Part shown: positions 57,760 to 64,000 of the stretch, one piece after another
Layout of the letters: every line of letters begins with the position of its first letter
Position numbering within the stretch: position 1 is the stretch's first letter
Source of the DNA: Macrostomum lignano
Taxonomy: Eukaryota
Length of the DNA: 64,000 nt
Direction: 5' to 3'
Assembly: GCA_002269645.1 (NCBI GenBank)
Contig: NIVC01003993.1
Location: forward strand, 1 to 64,000
Notes under the pieces: generated by a model
The model's input: only the letters and a program-made list of their open reading frames with translations
Databases searched by the model: none
What the model was told of the DNA's origin: nothing
Translations under genes and position numbers: made by a program

Positions 57760-58600
57760 TGAACTGGAGTGACCAGAGCAAGCACTGGAGTGAATAGATA
57801 CTGATCTGGAGTGACCAGAGCACTGGAGTGAATAGATACTGATCTGGAGTGACCAGAGCAGGCACTGGAGTGAATAGAAGCTGATCTGGAGTGACCAGAG
57901 CACTGGAGTGAATAGATACTGATCTGAAGTGACCAGAGCACTGGAGTGAATAGATACTGATCTGGAGTGACCAGAGCAGGCACTGGAGTGAATAGAAGCT
58001 GATCTGGAGTGACCAGAGCAAGCACTGGAGTAAATAGAAGCTGATCTGGAGTGACCAGAGCAAGCACTGGAGTGAATAGAAGCTGATCTGGAGTGAATAG
58101 AAGCTGATCTGGAGTGAATAGAAGCTGATCTGGAGTGACCAGAGCAAGCACTGGAGTGAATAGAAGCTGAACTGGAGTGACCAGAGCAAGCACTGGAGTG
58201 AATAGAAGCTGAACTGGAGTGACCAGAGCAAGCACTGGAGTGAATAGAAGCTGAACTGGAGTGACCAGAGCAAGCACTGGAGTGAATAGAAGCTGAACTG
58301 GAGTGACCAGAGCAAGCACTGGAGTGAATAGAAGCTGATCTGGAGTGAATAGAAGCTGATCTGGAGTGACCAGAGCAAGCACTGGAGTGAATAGAAGCTG
58401 AACTGGAGTGACCAGAGCAAGCACTGGAGTGAATAGAAGCTGAACTGGAGTGACCAGAGCAAGCACTGGAGTGAATAGATACTGATCTGGAGTGACCAGA
58501 GCAAGCACTGGAGTGAACAGAAGCTGGTCTGGAGTGACCAGAGCAAGCACTGGAGTGACCAGAGCAAGCACTGGAGTGAGCAGAAGCTGATCTGGAGTAA
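57760..58600. repeat. Two-monomer 21-bp minisatellite (CTGGAGTGAATAGAAGCTGAT / CTGGAGTGACCAGAGCAAGCA)
   Basis: Alternating monomers sharing CTGGAGTGA. Confidence 0.92.
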
Positions 58601-59054
58601 CAAGCACGGCATTTCAATAATAAAACTCTTGAAAGCTGTATCCACTATAATAATTACGGTTGTACAATATATTTATTCAATGTAAACTTTTAAATTGCTT
58701 AGCGGAAATAAAAAAAAACAAATTTAAAACTTAGTTCAAAAGCATAGCAAGAACGCCTGGTTGTGTAAGCGCTATGAGCATTATTGTGTGTGTAGACAGG
58801 CACATTCTAAGGTGTCTCGTACTGATAAAGCAGTCTGTAAAGTTAACGTAAAATCATCAAAGCTTAAGGCCATTTAAGGTCAAATTTAATAATGGACGGA
58901 ATGCTTAATTGTATAGTTTTTTAGGCTAGGCATTTACACGCACACATCTAATTTATGTAAATACACCTTGATAAACTTTATATAATTTACTTGGTAATTA
59001 CTGCAAATAAGATAGTTGGTTAGATAATGGGATACAGTAAACAAGGTGGGCATA

Positions 59055-59385
59055 GCAACTGAGGATATGAGAGGCCCAGAAACTGACACTATGGGATGCT
59101 GGTGGCCCAGCAACTGGGGATCTGGGAGGCTAGAGGTCCAGCAACTGGGGATATGGGAGGCTGGTGGCCCAGCAACTGAGGATCTGGGAGGCTGGCCCAG
59201 CAACTGAGAATTTGAGAGGCTGGCCCAGCAACTGAGAATCTGGGAGGCTAGAGGCCTAGCAACTGAGGATCTGGGAGGCTGGCCCAGCAACTGAGGGTCT
59301 GGGAGGCTGGCCCAGCAACTGAGGATCTGGGAGGCTAGAGGCCTAGCAACCGAGGATCTGGGAGGCTGGTGGCCCAGCAACTGAC
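59055..59385. repeat. 28-bp minisatellite family, array 2
   Basis: Same unit and orientation as 56685-57200, with 31-bp variants. Confidence 0.9.
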
Positions 59386-59411
59386 GGATTCCAGCAACAC
59401 ACTGAAGACAA

Positions 59412-62400
59412 TCAATCGTCCACATCGTCCAGTCCATCACCATCATGCTCCTCCTCATCCTTGGCCGCGGCCGCTTCAGTTCGGCGAAGGTCTTCGGCAA
59501 TCTCGGCATTTTCCGGCTGCAGTCTGGCAGCTTCGCGCAGTTCAATGACAGCCTTGGCGTTGGCGCCGAGACCGCACAGGGCGGCAGCTCTGCGGCAGTG
59601 TGCTCGCACCCTGGCTAGTCGGTTCTGCTCAACAGGCGGCTGCAACAGCTCTAAGGCTTTGGAAGCGTCTTCCATAGCTTTAAAATAGTTGCCAAGGCGG
59701 AGGTGACAGGCCGCTCGATTGGAATAGAGCGAGTGCATCTCGCTTTTCAATGAGATCGCGTGCGAATACGCGTTGATAGCGGCTAAGAAATTGCCGGAAG
59801 CAAACAGCCGGTTGCCTTTGTCGCGCAGCCAGACTGGGTCGCGCTCGCGGTCCGACAAGTCGTCCGCGGCGGCATCTCCTGGCTCAGCTGTGGCGTCTGC
59901 CTGACGGCGGCGTTCCGCTTGCTTGCGCAGCCACTGGATGGTGCATGATTTTGGGTTTACTTGTTACTTTGCGATTTGTTGTTATTAGTGACTCTATCAG
60001 GTTGCAGTTTATTGTGGTTGTTGAATCTATGAGGTTGCAGTTTATTGTGGTTGTTGAATCTATGAGGTTGCAGTTTATTGTGGTTGTTGAATGTATGAGG
60101 CTGCAGTTTATTGTGGTTGTTGAATCTATCAGGTTGCAGTTTATTGTGGTTGTTGAATCTATGAGGTTGCAGTTTATTGTGGTTGTTGAATCTATGAGGT
60201 TGCAGTTTATTGTAGTTGTTGAACTTTTGAGGTTGCAGTTTATTGTGGTTGTTGAATCTATGTCTATGAGGTTGCAGTTTATTGTGGTTGTTGAATCTAT
60301 GAGGTTGCAGTTTATTGTGGTTGTTGAATCTATGAGGTTGAAGTTTATTGTGGTTGTTGAATGTATGAGGTTGCAGTTTATTGCGGTTGTTGAACTTTTG
60401 AGGTTGCAGTTTATTGTGGTTGTTGAATCTATGTCTATGAGGTTGCAGTTTATTGTGGTTGTTGAATCTATGAGGTTGCAGTTTATTGTGGTTGTTGAAT
60501 CTATGAGGTTGCAGTTTATTGTAGTTGTTGAACTTTTGAGGTTGCAGTTTATTGTGGTTGTTGAACTTTTGAGGTTGCAGTTTATTGTGGTTGTTGAATC
60601 TATGAGGCTGCAGTTTATTGTGGTTGTTGAATCTATGAGGTTGCAGTTTATTGTGGTTGTTGAATCTATGAGGTTGAAGTTTATTGTGGTTGTTGAATGT
60701 ATGAGGTTGCAGTTTATTGTGGTTGTTGAACTTTTGAGGTTGCAGTTTATTGTGGTTGTTGAATCTATGAGGTTGCAGTTTATTGTGGTTGTTGAATCTA
60801 TGAGGTTGCAGTTTATTGTGGTTGTTGAATCTATGAGGTTGCAGTTTATTGTGGTTGTTGAATGTATGAGGATGCAGTTTATTGTGATAGTTGAACTTTT
60901 GAGGTTGCAGTTTATTGTGGTTGTTGAATGTATGAGGTTGCAGTTTATTGTGGTTGTTGAATCTATGAGGTTGAAGTTTATTGTGGTTGTTGAACTTTTG
61001 AGGTTGCAGTTTATTGTGGTTGTTGAATCTATGAGGTTGCAGTTTATTGTTGTTGTTGAATCTATGAGGTTGCAGTTTATTGTGGTTGTTGAAATTTTGA
61101 GGTTGCAGTTTATTCTGGTTAATAAATCTATGAGGCTGCAGTTTATTGTGATTGTTGAATCTGAGGCTGCAGTTTATTGTGGTTGCATAATGAGGTTGCA
61201 ATTGTCCCTCAACATATTATAAATTAATTATTTCACACTGATTATTAATTAACCAACGTACCTCCTCTTCCAGCGCCTTCTGCGACTCCCTCTCTGGAGT
61301 TGGAAACACCCTGGCAGTGAAGCTGACACCGATGCGGCCAGGCTCGCGAACTCCCAGCACCGATTCCACCGATATCGGCTGCTTTCGATTTGACTGCGTC
61401 AGCTGCTCAACCTGGCGAGTTTCTTCTTCTGAGCTTTCGTCAGCTGCGAAACTTTTCACGCCTTTTTCCTCCTGCTCTATAGCAGCAGATTCCTCCGCTG
61501 CAATCTCTTCGCGAAACACCCGTTTAGCATCCTGACGCAGACGCTCCTGACGCAGACGAAACTCTTCGAGTTCGCGCATCGCCGAGTCGCGCTCGGCCTG
61601 TTTGGCAGCTTCAATTCTGGCTCGATCAGCATCCTCAAGCTTCATCTGCTCTTTCAGGCTGAGCTGCTCATTGGCTCGGTGGCCGGCTTTGGCCGCGGAC
61701 TCGGCTGCTTGAAGCCGCTCGGCCAGGCGGACCATCGACCGGTCGCGAATCTCACGGGTCACCGATTTGTCCTCTGGGGCAGCGGCGGCGGCGGTGGGAT
61801 CTTGTTTGTCTGTCCCCTTTCTCTTCTGTCTATTTACCTGTCTCTCCCCTCTACCTGTCTCTGCCTCTTTCTCTTCTGTCTATTTACCTGTCTCTCCCCT
61901 CTACCTGTCTCTGCCCCTTTCTTTTCTGTCTATTTACCTGTCTCTCCCCTCTACCTGTCTCTGCCTCTTTCTCTTCTGTCTATTTACCTGTCTCTCCCCT
62001 CTACCTGTCTCTGCCTCTTTCTTTTCTGTCTATTTACCTGTCTCTCCCCTCTACCTGTCTCTGCCCCTTTCTCTTCTGTCTATTTACCTGTCTCTCCCCT
62101 CTACCTGTCTCTGCCTCTTTCTTTTCTGTCTATTTACCTGTCTCTCCCCTCTACCTGTCTCTGCCTCTTTCTCTTCTGTCTATTTACCTGTCTCTCCCCT
62201 CTACCTGTCTCTGCCTCTTTCTTTTCTGTCTATTTACCTGTCTCTCCCCTCTACCTGTCTCTGCCCCTTTCTCTTCTGTCTATTTACCTGTCTCTCCCTC
62301 TACCTGTCTCTGCCTCTTTCTTTTCTGTCTATTTACCTGTCTCTCCCCTCTACCTGTCTCTGCCCCTTTCTTTTCTGTCTATTTACCTGTCTCTCCCCTC

Positions 62401-63266
62401 TACCTGTCTCTGCCCCTTTCTTTTCTGTCTATTTACCTGTCTCTCCCCTCTACCTGTCTCTGCCCTTTCTTTTCTGTCTATTTACCTGTCTCTCCCCTCT
62501 ACCTGTCTCTGCCCCTTTCTCTTCTGTCTATTTACCTGTCTCTCCCCTCTACCTGTCTTCTGCTCCTTTCTCTTCTCCTGTCTATTTTCCTGTCTCTCCC
62601 CTCTACCTGTCTGCTCCCTTCTACCTGTCTCTTCCCATGTAACTGCCTCTGTCTTTTTCTGTGTCTCCCACCTCTCCCTATCTATTCCCGTCTACCTGTC
62701 TTTTTTCTCTACCTACCTCTCCCTGTACCTATCTCGACCCCTTTTCCTGTCTCTTCCTCTCTACCTGTATCTGCCCCTTTATCTCTCTTATTTCCCATAC
62801 CTGTCCCTTCTCTACTTCTTATCTCCACCTGTCCCTTTCCCTGTCTCTTCCATATCTACCTGTCCCTTCCGTCTATCTGCCTTGTCTTATCTACCGCCTC
62901 TTCCCCTCTACCTGTCCTGTACTCTACCATTTCTCCCCCTCTATCTATCTCCTCCTTTGTCTCTTTCCCTCTCTTCCCTCTCCCCACCTGTCTTTCTACC
63001 TCAACCATGCTTAACTGTTATTAAATTTGTAACTGTCAGTCTGAAGTAGTAGTTCTTGACTTTCCCTTAGTAGCAATACTTTCATGCCTTCATAGGATAA
63101 ATAGGCATTAATTACCGGCATTATCAATCATCAATTGTGGCCAAGAAATTTGCTCCATTTTGGTGGCAGTGACCTGCATAATACCGCTGTCAGCCACACA
63201 TGTTGATTGATCTTCTGAGATTGGCTGATAGAAAAAGCACTCAAAAATGTATGGCGAAAACGATAC
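59412..63266 (-). CDS. DNAAF4: DNAAF4/DYX1C1 dynein assembly factor (CS domain, coiled coil, TPR); first exon outside the window
   Basis: Exons 63266-63116 (VSFSPYIFECFFYQPI, CS domain), about 61809/61800-61262 (SFTARVFPTPERESQ..EEE) and 59933-59412 (WLRKQAE; WLRDKGNRLF..AAINAY..LYSNRAACHL..KALELL.PPV..N..AR.RAH.RR) match recalled human DYX1C1; phases agree. Confidence 0.95.
59995..61200. repeat. 33-bp minisatellite in DNAAF4 intron (GAGGTTGCAGTTTATTGTGGTTGTTGAATCTAT)
   Basis: Tandem unit. Confidence 0.95.
61810..63000. repeat. 50-bp CT-rich minisatellite (to about 62560) decaying into CT low complexity, DNAAF4 intron
   Basis: CTCTTCTGTCTATTTACCTGTCTCTCCCCTCTACCTGTCTCTGCCTCTTT units. Confidence 0.93.
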
Positions 63267-64000
63267 CTAAAAATTAATAAAATATGTTTCTTTGGCTAAG
63301 AAATTGCTCATAGCTAAGCAGATTAAATATTCAAAAAATCCCTTTCCAAAGGTCAAGCAGACTTTTTGACTTGAAATGCATTGTAAAACTGTTGGAGAAA
63401 AAATGAATTACTGAATTCTGATTTTGATAAAGATTGTATCACACTAGGATTTTTATTTGTCAGTTTACTAGGCCCTAACTGAATTTTGACACTGATTTGA
63501 ATTGCACCATATTGCTAATCTACAGTGTGGAATCATATAGTACCATACTTCATATTGATATTCTGTAACTATTGTCTTAACTTTAATAAAGACTAATACT
63601 AACTGCCTAGGTAATTGATTATAATAGCTGCCTAGTGACTTTTACTCTACCTAATTCAATGTGAGTGTTTAACAAAACTATAACTACTATAATTCACAAT
63701 ATTGAAACAATAAGAGCTAGCCTAGATATGAAATGACAGAAAGGCTAATGTAGCAACCTAGTTTGAATTTTAGTAGAAAAAATAATTTTTTGAAATATTT
63801 TTTTAACATAAAGAAAACTTAACAAAAGAAATAAAAATAGAAACATCATGTTAATGATAAAAGTATCATGCCAAACAAAGAAAAACATTTTGTGAAACAT
63901 AAAAGAAGTGTTATGTCAAAAAAAACAAAGAAACAAAGAAAATAAAATAGAAAGAAGCAAAGACAAAGACCATGTCACAACCAGAAACAACTAAGTTGCA

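Noticed and set aside
57636-58645. 300-470 aa ORFs and a CRISPR-like look of the 21-bp array
   Set aside because: Monomers recur rather than being unique spacers, there are no cas genes and the context is eukaryotic; only the part from ATG 57742 is credible coding sequence
59945-63049. Long ORFs of 414-456 aa (MRLQFIVVVES, NNHNKLQPHRF, Leu/Ser-rich)
   Set aside because: Minisatellite translations inside DNAAF4 introns

Overview
This is eukaryotic (metazoan) genomic DNA. The GATA/GACA microsatellites, minisatellite-filled introns and Ala-rich GC-rich exons suggest a free-living flatworm such as Macrostomum; this is an inference, not shown by the sequence. Host genes recognisable by translation are: a spliced FRMD3/5-type FERM gene (-); a large membrane protein with signal peptide-PAN-F5/8(fucolectin-like)-unknown region-EGF-TSP1-TM (-); three tandem paralogs of a secreted PAN + LamG/ConA-like protein (+, one a pseudogene); a WSC-domain ORF; and a head-to-tail minus-strand trio DNAAF4 > SNRNP48-like > TAF1A. 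The 14-44 kb region is dominated by nested mobile elements: a mariner split by an RTE-like LINE, a decayed Gypsy pol, two LOA/R1-type LINEs (one full length with a 14-bp TSD), two Crypton-type tyrosine-recombinase genes with hairpins, a Tc1/IS630 remnant, and hAT/MULE/MITE nests. The most interesting observations are a U11-48K-like protein lacking its CHHC zinc finger, a TAF1A first exon with no ATG that would fit spliced-leader AUG donation (possible operon), paralogs with unrelated signal peptides on homogenised mature domains, and a minisatellite born from a reverse transcriptase motif. Frameshifts in genes at 0.6-13 kb are mostly single-base deletions and may be assembly errors. No rRNA, tRNA or CRISPR array was seen. 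Coordinates and counts were read by eye and may be off by a few bases; no database searches were run.
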